Positions 12,030 through 23,413 of a stretch of 64,000 bases of DNA are shown here, piece by piece. The DNA lies in the NCBI RefSeq assembly GCF_963921235.1, contig NC_086097.1, positions 9,114,001 to 9,178,000 on the forward strand. Reading direction: 5' to 3'. The stretch's first letter is position 1. Every line of letters starts with the position of its first letter. The translations under genes were made by a program, and so were the position numbers. A model generated the notes under the pieces. That model searched no databases and was not told the origin of the DNA. It saw only the letters and a list, made by a program, of their open reading frames with translations. The DNA comes from Mobula hypostoma. Its lineage: Eukaryota.

Positions 12030-15000
12030 TAAAGATGTCAGGAAGGACTGGCAGGTGATGGGGCAAATTTGCAGCCATTGGGATGAGTTGCAGTGAAATA
12101 AAGATGCAGTGCAATCAAAGCAAAAAGTACCAAATACTGGTCTTAAGGTGTTATACTTCAATGCACGCAGCATAAGGAATAAGGTGGATGATCTTGTCGT
12201 ACAGCTACAGATTGGCAGGTATGATATTGTGGCCATCACTGAGACGTGACTAAAGGATGCCTGTCTCTGGGAGCTGAACGTCCAAGGATACACGGTGTAT
12301 TGGAAGGATAGGCAAGTAGGCAGAGGGGGTGATGTGGCTTTATTGGTAAGAAATGATATTAAGCCATTAGAAAGAGGTGACATAGGATCGAAAGGTACAG
12401 AATCTTTATGGGTTGAGCTAAGAAATCGCAGGGGTAAAAGGACCCTGATGGCAGTTATATACAGGCATCCTAACAACTGCAGTGATGTGGACTACAAATT
12501 ACAACAGGAAATAGAAAAGGCTTGTCAGAAGGGCAGTGTTATGATAATTGTGGGGGATTTTAACATGCGAGTGGATTGGGAAAATCAGGTCGGCACTGGA
12601 TCTCAAGAGAGAGAGTTTGTAGAATGTCTGCAGATGGCTTTTTAGAACAGCTTGTTGTTTAGCCCACGAGGGGATCAGCTGTACTGGATTAGGAATTCTG
12701 TAATGAACCAGAGGTGATTAGAGAGATTGAGGTGAAGAAACCCTTAGGAGGCAGTGATCATAACATGACTGAGTGTCTGGTATACTGCTTATGTCTTCCT
12801 AAGTGAAGACTGTTGCAAAATTCTCATTCAGTTCCTCCGCCATCTCCTTGTCTCCCATTACAATTTCAGTGGTATTCAATGCTGGTATTTCAGTGGAGTA
12901 ATGGAAATTACAGAGGCATGAGAGAGGAACTGGCCAAAGTTGACTGGAAAGGGACACTGGCGGGAAAGACGGCAGAGCAGCAGTGGCTGGAGTTTATGTG
13001 AGAAGTGAGGAAGGTACAAGACAGATATATTCCAAAAAAGAAGAAATATTCAAATTGAAAAAGGATGTAACTCTGGCTGACAAGAGAAGTCAAAACCAAA
13101 GTTAAAGCAGAGGAGAGGGCATACAAGGAAGCAAAAATTAGTGGGAAGACAGAGGATTGGGAAGTTTTTAAAACCTTACAAAAGGAAACCAAGAAGGTCA
13201 TTAAGAGAGAAAAGATGAACTATGAAATGAACCTAGCAAATAATATCAAGGAGGATACTAAAAGCTTTTTCAAATACATAAAGAGTAAAAGACAGGTTAG
13301 AGTAGGTATAGGACCGAGAGAAAATGACACTGGTGAAATTGTAATGGGAAATAAGGAGATGGCGGAGGAATTGAACGAGTATTTTGCATCAGTCTTCACT
13401 GAGGAAGACATTAGCAGTATACCAGACATTCAAGGGTGTCACGGAAGAGAAGTGTGTGCAGTCACAATTACGACAGAGAAACTACTCAGGAAGCTGAATA
13501 ATCTAAGGGTAGATAAATCTCCCGGACCAGATGGAATGCACACGCGTAGGAAGTAGCTGTGGAGACTGCGGAGACATTGGCAATGAACTTTCAAAAGTCG
13601 ATAGATTCTGGCATGGTTCCGGAGGACTGGAAGATTGCAAATGTCACTCCGCTATTTAAGAAGGAGGCAAGGAAGCATAAAGGAAATTATAGACCTGTTA
13701 GCTTGACATCGGTGGTTGGGAAGTTGTTGGAGTCGATTGTCAAGAATGAGGTTACGGAGTACCTGGAGGCATATGACAAGATAGGCAGAACTCAGCCTGC
13801 TTTCCTTAAAGGAAAATCCTGCCTGACAAACCTATCACTATTTTTTGAGGTAATTACCAGTGGGCTAGACAAGGGAGAAGCAGTGGATGTTGTATATTTG
13901 GATTTTCAGAAGGCCTTTGACAAGGGGCCACACATAGTCATAGTCATAGTCATACTTTATTAATCCCAGGGAAAATTGGTTTTCCTTACAGTTCCATAAA
14001 TAATAAATAGTAATAGAACCACAAATAGTTAAATAGTAATATGTAAATTATGCCAGTAAATTATGAAATAAGTCCAGGACCAGCCTATTGGCTCAGGGTG
14101 TCTGACCCTCCAAGGGAGGAGTTGTAAAGTTTGATGGCCACAGGCAGGAATGACTTCCTATGACGCTCTGTGTTGCATCTCGGTGGAATGAGTCTCTGGC
14201 TGAATGTACTCCTGTGCCCACCCAGTACATTATGTAGCGGATGGGAGACATTGACCAAGATGGCATGCAACTTAGACAGCATCCTCTTTTCAGACACCAC
14301 CGTGAGAGAGTTCATTTCCATCCCCACAACATCACTGGCCTTACGAATGAGTTTGTTGATTCTGTTGGTGTCTGCTACCCTCAGCCTGCTGCCCCAGCAC
14401 ACAACAGCAAACATGATAGCACTGGCCGCCACAGACTCGTAGAACATCCTCAGCATCGTCCGGCAGATGTTAAAGGACCTCAGTCTCCTCAGGAAACAGA
14501 GATGGCTCTGACCCTTCTTGTAGACAGCCTCAGTGTTCTTTGACCAGTCCAGTTTATTGTCAATTCGTATCCCCAGGTATTTGTAATCCTCCACCATGTC
14601 CACACTGACCCCCTGGATGGAAACAGGGGTCACTGGTACCTTAGCTCTCCTCAGGTCTACCACCAGCTCCTTAGTCTTTTTCACATTAAGCTGCAGATAA
14701 TTCTGCTCACACCATGTGACAAAGTTTCCTACCGTAGCCCTGTGGCTGCGGTAACCATGAGGCTGCTTAACAAGGTAAGAGCCCATGGAATTACGGGAAA
14801 GTTACATACTTGGATAGAGTGTTGGCTGATTGGCAGGAAACAGAGAGTGAGAATAAATGGATCCTATTCTGGTTGGCTGCCGGTTACCAGTGGTGTTCCA
14901 CCGGGGTCCGTGTTGGGTCGCTTCTTTTTATGTTGTACATCAATGATTTGGATTATGGAATAGATGGCTTTGTGGCTAAGTTTGCTGACGATATGAAGAT

Positions 15001-15908
15001 AGGTGGAGGGGCCGGTAGTGCTGAGGAAACGGAGAGTCTGCAGAGAGACTTGGATAGATTGGCAGAATGGGCAGAGAAGTTGCAAATGAAGTACAATGTT
15101 GGAAAGTGTATGGTTAAGCACTTTGGCAGAAGAAATAAACGGGCAGACTATTATTTAAATGGGGAGAGAATTCAAAGTTCTGAGATGCAGCGGGACTTAG
15201 GAATCCTCGTACAGGATACCTTTAAGGTTAACCTCTAGGTTGAGTCAGTAGTGAAGAAAGCGAATGCAATGTTGGCATTCATTTCCAGAGGAATAGAGTA
15301 TAGGAGCAGAGATGTGATGTTGAGGCTTAGTAAGACACTGGTAAGACCTCACTTGGAATACTTGGAGCAGTATTGGGCCCCTCATTTAAGAAAGGATGTG
15401 CTGACGTTGGAGAGGGTACAGAGAAGATTCACTAGAATGATTCAGGGAATGAGAGGGTTAACATATGAGGAACGTTTGTCTGCTCTTGGACTGTACTCCT
15501 TGGAGTTTAGAAGAATGAGGGGTGACCTCATAGAAACATTTTGAATGTTGAAAGGCATGGACAGAGTGGATGTGGCAAAATTGTTTCCCATGGTGGGGGA
15601 ATCTAATGTGAGAGGGCATGACTTAAGGATTGAAGGGTACCCATTCAGAACAGAGATGCAAAGAAATTTTTTTAGCCAGAGGGTGGTGAATCTATGGAAT
15701 TTGTTGCCATGGGCGGCAGTGGAGGCCACGTCATTGGGTGTAGTTAAGGCAGAGATTGATAGGTATCTGAGTAGCCAGGGCATCAAAGGTTATGCTGAGA
15801 AGGCAGAGGAGTGGGACTAAATGAGAGAATGGATCAGCTCATGATAAAATGGCAGAGCAGACTCAATGGGCCGAATGGCTGACTTCTGCTTTGTCTTATG
15901 GTCTTATG
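12030..15908 (+). mobile_element. CR1 LINE, nearly complete degenerate ORF2, interrupted by Rex1 at 13933-14755
   Basis: LKVLYFNARSIRNK endonuclease start at ~12142, followed by IVGDFN, YLDFQKAFDK, AKFADD, LVRPHLEY and a cttatggtcttatg tail. Confidence 0.9.
13933..14755 (-). mobile_element. Rex1/Babar LINE 3' fragment with (actatg)n tail
   Basis: ORF 14085-14786(-) contains LNVKKTKELVVDLRR, YKYLG, LRRLRSFN and VVCWGS. (catagt)n at the left end. Sister copies at 49722 and 53828. Confidence 0.88.
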
Positions 15909-16210
15909 TGGAAAGAATGTTTGCCATGGTGTGGATGTCTATGGCAAGGGGAATCCATTTCAAACAGATGCAGAGAAATTTCTTTAGCCAGAGGGTGGTG
16001 AATTTGTGGCAGCTATGGAGGCCAGGTCATAGGGTGTATTTAAGGCAGAGATTGAAAGGTTCTTGATTGGCCATGGCTTTAATGGTTACGGTGAGAAGCC
16101 CATGGAGTGGGGCTGAGGGGAGGAATAAAGGATCAGCCATGATTGAATGGTGGAGGAGACTCAAAGGGCCAAATGGCCTAATTCTGCTCCTATGTCTTAT
16201 GGTCTTATGG
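15909..16210 (+). mobile_element. CR1 3' fragment
   Basis: RNFFSQRVVNLW, gggccaaatggcc stem-loop and cttatggt tail. Confidence 0.8.
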
Positions 16211-16224
16211 ACTTGTGATATGCA

Positions 16225-16379
16225 TCATCCACCACCTGCTTCCATGGCTTCATGTGACCGTGATCGAGTGAGGGTCTAAGCAGGTACTACACTTTGCTTA
16301 AGAGTAACCTGCAGGCTAGTGGATGGAAAGAACACCTTACAACTCCTTTGATAAAGACATATATCCACCCTGCCACCCT
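16225..16379 (-). mobile_element. 5' head of RTE-type non-autonomous element (same family as 23414-24378)
   Basis: Reverse complement matches 23416-23540 and 24045-24060; colinear with 39812-39964. Confidence 0.7.
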
Positions 16380-17021
16380 ATTTTTCATAGATATGAATAT
16401 AATTGAGTACCATTTCCATATCTTTCAGAAATATTCTTTCTTATCCGGTTGACAAACTGCATATAATTATCATTATCCCAGGAGGAGTATTATTTCACTG
16501 TGTATCACTTATTAACTTAAATATTGTTTCCTTTCCATATGTGAAACACTGTTCACCCATTAGAAGAAACTTTCACATAGTTTTTGATCACATGCATCAT
16601 ATTGCTATTGACAGGTCATTTTCAACGTTCAAAGTAAATTTATTATCAAAGTACATATGTGTCACTATACACAACCCTGAGATTCATTTTCTTGTCGGCA
16701 TGTGAGGAACGGTCCTTGAAAGTGAGTCCACAGTGGGAACATTCCAGTGATGCTGCAAGTGAAACTGAGTGGTTATCCCCTTTGGTTCAAGTGCCTGACT
16801 GTAATAATTGTTCTTGACCCTGTTGGTGCGAGTCCTGAAGCTTCTGTGCCTTCTTCCTGAAGAGGGGATGACCTGGCTAGTGGAAGGTCCCTGATAACAG
16901 GTGCTGCTTTCCTGCAACAATGCTCCTTGCAGATACAGTATATTCATCGGTGGGGAGGGCTTTACCCATGATGACTGGCCATATCTACTACTTTTTGTAT
17001 GACTTTCTGTTCAAGGGCATT

Positions 17022-17432
17022 GGTAGTCTCCAGCCCCTTGGTATGAACATTAGAATACTCCAACTTCCGGTAATTCCCTCCCCCTCCCTTCCCCTATCCC
17101 CATGTCACTCTGCCCCCTCCCCCAGCTGCCTACCACCTCCCTCTTGGTTCCGCCTCCTTCTACTACCCATTGTGTTTTCCCCTATTCTTTCTTCACCTTT
17201 CCTGCCTATCACCTCCCTGCTTCCCCTCTCCCATCCCTTTATCTTTCCCCTTACTGGTTTTTCACCTGGAACCTACCAGCCTTCTCCTTCCCACCCTCCC
17301 CCCACCTTCTTTATAGGGCCTCTGCCCCTTCCCTCTACAGTCCTGACGAAGGGTTCCGGCCCGAAACGTTGACTGATCATTTCCACTGATGCTGCCTGAC
17401 CTGCTGAGTTCCTCCAGCGTGTTGTGAGTGTT
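17022..17432 (+). mobile_element. Penelope-like element 3' fragment (GIY-YIG ORF end, pyrimidine-rich UTR, hammerhead motif)
   Basis: GSLQPLGMNI...SNFR* matches the ORF end of the PLE copies at ~21830 and ~61530. Ends gatgctgcctgacctgctgagttcctccagcgtgttgtgagtgtt. Confidence 0.82.
17338..17375 (+). ncRNA. Minimal type I hammerhead ribozyme motif (best-preserved copy)
   Basis: Stem I cagtc (17338-42) pairs with gactg (17371-75). Core CTGACGA at 17343-49, stem II ggg..ccc, GAAA at 17363-66. Palindromic ACGT replaces stem III; cleavage triplet GUU. Confidence 0.8.
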
Positions 17433-17580
17433 ACTATACCAGGCTGTGATGCAATCAGTCAATATACTCCCCACCACATTTCTGTCGAAGTTTGTCAAAG
17501 TTTTAGATGTCATGCTGAATCTTTGAAAACTCCTAAGGAAGAAGAGGTGCTGCCGTGCTTTATTCATAATTATTCATAAT

Positions 17581-18254
17581 TCACGAGGAGGAGAAGATGG
17601 TGGCGCGACGGCAGCGCGGGAGGCTTCTCCAGTGATGATATCTGTTATCTGTCAAGTACAGGACCATGCACAATTCTGACGTGAGAGTACAGAGGAACAT
17701 CTGGAAAACTTCTGAAATGCCTGCTTTGCTGCCACTGCTACTGTGTGGTGACCGGAATCTCCGGAGCAGAAGGCCCCGAAATCCTCGGCTTTGCTTGTTT
17801 CAGAGGCCGGGGCGAGGTCGAAGGCGCTAGGCAGAGGATGGTGCTCGGGAGGCTGTATCGGAGAGGCTGGTCGGAGGCTCGAAGTTTTTGGACAGATGGA
17901 CTCAGTGTCGGCTGTGGTCGGCTGCTTCCAAGGCATCAGCAAGTTGACGGTGCCTGGAGATTTATGGCAGGGAGTTTCTCCCTTTTGCCGCCTGCTATCG
18001 GGGACTCAGGAGTCGATCGACTCGGGGACTTTGAGACTTTTTTTACCGTGCCCATGGTTTGTTCTTCATCAAATTATGGTATTGTTTTGCACTGCTGTAA
18101 CTATATGTTATAACTATGTGGTTTCTATCAGTGTTAGTCTTTGGTTTGTCCTGTTTTCTGTGATATCACTCCGGAGAAACATTGTATCATTTCTTAATGC
18201 ATGTATGCATTTCTAAATGACAATAAAAGAGGACTGAGTGTTCTCATAATCTAA
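17581..18254 (+). mobile_element. ORF-less non-autonomous retroposon with YY1-like 5' motif and Rex1-like 3' end
   Basis: aagatggtggcg at 17594-17605, CpG-rich body, aaatgacaataaa near the end, taatt on both flanks. It interrupts the Rex1 host cleanly. Confidence 0.65.
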
Positions 18255-18558
18255 TTACACTAACCTACTGCGCCCAGAACAGGTCCTCTGAAACTATAAC
18301 GCAGAGGAATTTAAAGTTGCCGACCCTTTCCACCTCTGCTCCTCTGACGAGGTCTGGCTCATGGATGTCTGATTTCCTGCTCCTGAAGTCGATACTCAGC
18401 TCCTCGGTCTTACTGACATTGTGTAAGAGGTTGGTATTCTGGCACTTACAGCTCCACCAGTAAAATAAGACAGAGGGATCATGATTGCTGTGGTGTGGGG
18501 GATAGAGTTTGCAGAAGACCATGAACAGACAATTAATATTTTACTTAAGTAGACTCAC

Positions 18559-18685
18559 CTGTGGCTGATTCTCAATATTGCCTGTAAAGAAGCAGATTTA
18601 TTCTCCAGCTGATGAACCTCAGGGATGTCACATTGCACTCTGATGATGCCCTGCAGAGAATGGGATGCAGACAATTTTCCATCAG
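18559..18685 (-). CDS. Candidate internal coding exon of an unidentified host gene: (x)DGKLSASHSLQGIIRVQCDIPEVHQLENKSASLQAILRISH
   Basis: Lies in non-repetitive sequence. Strong donor CAG|GTGAGT after 18559 on the minus strand. Acceptors are ttaattccacag| (127 nt, phase 1) or cccattctctgcag| (18650, 92 nt, phase 0). Only one frame is open. Protein not recognised. Confidence 0.55.
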
Positions 18686-19084
18686 CTGTGGAATTAATGC
18701 CAATTCATCCATAATTCTTTGATAAGCTGTTTGGCACGTGTGACCATGATAGTGCAGAGAATCTTTGTAAAGGGTCATATTTAATGATAAAACTGGTCTT
18801 CTAGCATTGTGAAAGCTTGTGAAGGTGATACCTGCCATCTACGTATGTGGAGGCAAAGGTCACAGAACTGTATCCAGTTTTGGACGCCATTCCATGTGTC
18901 ACAATTAATGTTCCAATGACTCTTTTGGAATACGGCAGATTGTTCAACACTATCATTAACTTATTTTATGAAAATAACTCATTGCATACAAAAAGTGGCT
19001 TTATTTAATAATTCAATTTGTCAGCCAGGAGTAATGATGAAGGCAACACTGTAGTCTTATAGAAAGTTCTTTACAATTGTCACG

Positions 19085-19420
19085 TCAAGTTAAGTTTATT
19101 GTCATTTAACTACATACGTGTACATTGTCAAATGAGATGTTTCTCCAAACAGCAGTACACGCAACACACATATAACACAAAATAGCTTACAAAATTTAGG
19201 ATAATATCTACAGATAAAAAGATAAAATTACGCAAATATTAAATAAACAAACTGAAGTGCATAAATTAAGTATTGTATGGTACAGAACAGGTTAACCATT
19301 GACAATCTGAATGTGATGTGGCAGGAAGTTCAGAAGCCTTATGTCCTGAGGGAAGAAAAGGTTTCCCACCCTGACCGTCCTTGTTTTTATGCATCAGAGT
19401 CTCTTGCCTGACAGTAGAAT
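19085..19420 (-). mobile_element. Rex1-type LINE 3' UTR fragment
   Basis: aagtttattgtcattt tail complement and cctgagggaagaa..gtttccca motif shared with ~30550-30845 and ~62175-62490. Confidence 0.55.
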
Positions 19421-19627
19421 TGGCATCGCTTCTCTCATCCTTTCCTACAGCTCTGCAGATTTCCTTGTTTAAAGTACATATTGTGCGTCCATTTACAATT
19501 TTACTTCTAACAGCCTTTTTAGAACACTGTGTTTTCAAATAAATTCTTCAAATTCCCCCACTACTGGAGAACATTAGGCAATTATTTTCATATCATTCCA
19601 TTTTGCTCATCCTACTTGTTACATAAC

Positions 19628-20450
19628 CTAACATAGAAACATAGAAACATAGAAAATAGGTGCAGGAGTAGGCCATTCGGTCCTTCGAGCCTGCACCGCC
19701 ATTCAGTATGATCATGGCTGATCATTCAACTCAGAACCCCGTAACTGCTTTCTCTCTCAAACTGGGATGAACAATTGTTGTAGTTCATCCATGTGATCTT
19801 TAAATGCTTGCCATTGCATATCCACCGTCAACCCTTTAAGTATCATTTGCCAGTCTATCTTAGCTAATTCACGTCTCATACCTTCAAAGTTACCCTTCTT
19901 TAAGTTCAGAACCTTTGTTTCTGAATTAACTATGTCACTCTCCATCTTAATGAAGAATTCCACCATATTATGGTCACTCTTACCCAAGGGGCCTCGCATG
20001 ATAAGATTGCTAACTAACCCTTCCTCATTCCTCAATACCCAGTCTAGAATGGCCCACTCTCTAGCTGGTTCCTCGACATGTTGGTTCAGAAAACCATCCC
20101 ACATACATTACAAGAAATCCTCTTCCTCAACACCCTTACCAGTTTGGTTCACCCAATCTATATGTAGATTGAAGTCAGCCATTATAACTGCTGTTTCTTT
20201 ATTGCATGCATTTCTAATTTCCTGTTTAATGCCATCCCCAACCTCACTACTACTGTTAGGTGGCCTGCACACAACTCCCACCAGCGTCTTCTGCCCCTTA
20301 GTGTTATGCAGCTCTACTCATACCGATTCCACATCCTTCCGGCTAATGTCCTACCTTTCTACTGCGTTAATCTCCTCTCAAATCAGCAACACTACCCCAC
20401 TTCCTTTTCTTTCATGTCTATCCCTCCTGAATATTGAATATCTGTTCTGA
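19628..20450 (-). mobile_element. CR1 with 3' tail joined directly to the endonuclease region
   Basis: (aacataga)n tail complement and 3' UTR at 19628-19757, then minus ORF DGFLNQHVEEP...AILDWVL...PLGKSDHN. Confidence 0.8.
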
Positions 20451-20989
20451 ATGCTGATAGTTATTAATTTTTAATTCAGGTTACGTGGTGTTATCTCACC
20501 TGGGAAGGAGATCTCAGGAGGACGGTGAGACCATGGAATGATCTGTCAGCGGAGGTGGAGGAGGCAGGGTCGATCTCAATACTTAAGGGAAATATGGATA
20601 GGTACATGACAGAGGGGTCTGGAGGGCTGTGGTTTGTTCCAAGTCATTGTGAATATTTAAAGTGGAGGTGGTTAAGCTCTTGATTAGCTTGGTATCAAAG
20701 GTGGCAGGGAGAAGGCAGAAGAATGGCATTGAAAGGGATAATAAATCAGCTACTTTGGAATGTTGGAACAGACTCAACAGGTTGCATGATCTAACTCTGC
20801 TCCTATGTCTAATAGTCTTAAAAACCTAACATTAACTTTGATTCTTTTCTTTATTCTCTTTGGTCTTTATTCTCTAAATTTATTGAGTATGCCTGCAAGA
20901 AAATGAATCTCAGAGTTGTATATGGTGACATATATGTTCAAAGTACATATATGTCACCATAAACACCCCCAAGATTCATTTTTTGAGGA

Positions 20990-21512
20990 CATACCATGTC
21001 CAGTTCTGGTCGCCTCACTATAGGAAGGATGTGGAAGCATTGGAAAGGGTACAGAGGAGATTTATCAGGATGCTGCCTGGTTTAGAAAGTATGCATTATG
21101 ATCAGAGATTAAGGGAGCTAGGGCTTTACTCTTTGGAGAGAAGGAGGATGAGAGGAGACATGATAGAGGTGTACAAGATAATAAGAGGAATAGATAGAGT
21201 AGACAGCCAGCGCCTCTTCCCCAGGACACCACTGCTCAATACAAGAGGACATGGCTTTAAGGTAAGGGGTGGGAAGTTCAAGGGGGATATTAGAGGAAGG
21301 TTTTTCACTCAGAGAGTGGTTGGTGCGTGGAATGCACTGCCTGAGTCAGTGGTGGAGGCAGATACACTAGTGAAGTTTAAGAGACTACTAGGCAGGTATA
21401 TGGAGGAATTTAAGGTGGGGGCTTATATGGGAGGCAGGGTTTGAGGGTCGGCACAACATTGTGGGCCGAAGAGCCTGTACTGTGCTGTACCATTCTATGT
21501 TCTAAGTTCTAT
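20990..21512 (+). mobile_element. Young CR1 3' fragment
   Basis: Open ORF 20983-21444 (VQFWSPHYRKDV...QRVVGAWNALP) and ttctatgttcta tail. Confidence 0.9.
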
Positions 21513-21540
21513 GTTAAATCTGTAGAATAACAGAATCAAT

Positions 21541-22272
21541 GTGGTGAGGCGACACTTAACCTGTGAGTCGGCTGGGGTGATATACTGCATCCAGTGCTCC
21601 CAATGTGGCCTTCTATATATTGGCAAGACCCGACGCAGACTGGGAGATTGTTTTGCTGAACACCTATGCTCTGACCGCCAGAGAAAGCTAGGATCTCCCA
21701 GTGGCCACACGTTTTAATTCTTCATCCCATTCCCATTCTGATATGTCTATTCACGGCCTCCTCCACTGTAAAGATGAAGCCACACTCAGGTTGGAGGAAC
21801 AACATCTTAAATCCCATCTGGATAGCCTCCAACCTGATGGCATGAACATTGACTTCTCTAACTTCTGCTAATGCCCCACCTCCCCCTCGTACCCCATCCG
21901 TTATTTATTTATATACACACATTCTTTCTCTCTCTGTCCTTTTTCACCCTCAGTCCCTCTGTCTATACCGCTTGCCCATCCTCTGGGTTTTTCCCCCCTC
22001 CCTCTTTTCCTTCTCCCTGGGCCTCCTGTCCCATGATCCTCTCATATCCCTTTTGCTAATCACCTGTCCAGCTCTTGGCTCCATCCCTCCCCCTCCTGTC
22101 TTCTATCATTTTGGATCTCCCCTCCCTCTCCCTCTCCCACTTTCAAATCTCTTATTAGCTCTTCCTTCAGTTAGTCCTGATGAAGGGTCTTGGCCCGATA
22201 CGTTGACTGTACCTCTTCCTAGAGATGCTGCCTGGCCTGCTGCATTCACCAGCAACTTTGATGTGCGTTGCT
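21541..22272 (+). mobile_element. Penelope-like element (Neptune-type GIY-YIG endonuclease) 3' fragment
   Basis: Manual translation from 21544 gives VRRHLTCESAGVIYCIQCSQCGLLYIGKTRRRLGDCFAEHL (VIY...CxxC...YIG...R...EH). After a frameshift it ends QPDGMNIDFSNF*, followed by a pyrimidine-rich UTR and hammerhead. Confidence 0.9.
22172..22209 (+). ncRNA. Minimal hammerhead ribozyme motif, core mutated (GAAA to GATA)
   Basis: tagtc-CTGATGA-agggtcttggccc-GATA-cgtt-gactg. Confidence 0.65.
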
Positions 22273-23413
22273 AAGACCACACCAAGTTTGGTGTTCAACC
22301 AGAATGCAAAAGAAATAAAATGATGCAAATGTAAATGGGAAGAAATAATAAATAAATAAATAAATATCAAGACTATATATGCTTTGATAATAAATTTATT
22401 TTGGACTTTTGAACTTTAATTATCTTGTGCTTTTTAAACTCAAACCCCTGACTAATGAAGGCCAACATTCCATAGACCATCTTAACCACCATATCAACTT
22501 GTGCTGCAGATTTGAGACATCCATGGATGTGGACCCCAAGGTCTCTCCATTAAATTTCCCTTTAACCTGCTCTCATGAGTCTCTCAGAGTCTACCACTGA
22601 TCTACAGTGGCCACTTAAACTGCAAATGAGCACACTGTTTGGCATGTGGAATGAAGCTGGAGCACCCAGAGAAAGCTCATGTTGTTACTGTAGAACATGC
22701 AAGTTCCACAAGGACATCAGTGAAGGCCAAAACTGAATCTGTGTCACTGGAGCAATGATCTAGCTGCTCCTCTAGCCGTGTCACTTGCTGACCGCAATGA
22801 CTAGTGTTGCCTCTAAATCTTATTTTCATGTTTCTTAATTGAATTGAAAGCTATTAGCATTAATTGGCTATAACCATAACAATTTAGTTTTGATGAAGGT
22901 TGGACCATTAATTTCACTTAATAACAAATTCATCGAGTACTGTAGAGCAGTGGATGAAATATATTTAAACTGCTGTACCTTAAAGGAACTATTTGATGGC
23001 GCTCTTGGGAAAATTTTGCGCTGTGTGTTTATTTAAATATATTTATTTGACATAAACACTTGGTGTACATCTCTCCAGAGCTGCTGTGAATTCTGGTAGA
23101 CCTCCTGGCTTTTGCCACATGATAAATTCACTCTGTCATGTGTGCCATATGTTGTAGTGGAAATGTTACTTACTCTGACTGTAGGAATGGTTTTAAATAG
23201 TGTGCATTTTAGATTAGATTAGATTCAACTTTATTGTCACTGTGCCGAGGACAGATACAGAGCCAATGATATGCAGTTAGCATCTAACCAGAAATGCAAA
23301 GAATAGTGTTATTTACAAAATAACTGCAAATAAAGAGTAAGTGCTACAGCACACAAATATAAAAGTACTGAGACAGTACAATATGGGTGCAATACTGCTT
23401 AGCGCTGTGATGT

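Larger units (their letters stand above)
16620..18450 (-). mobile_element. Degenerate Rex1/Babar-type LINE hosting a Penelope insertion (17022-17432) and a non-autonomous element (17581-18254)
   Basis: Minus translations NVSKTEELSIDFR...FKFL, KARQHLFFLRS..RF, ILTDCITAWY and PSSGRR..SFRTRTNR are colinear across the insertions. Confidence 0.75.
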
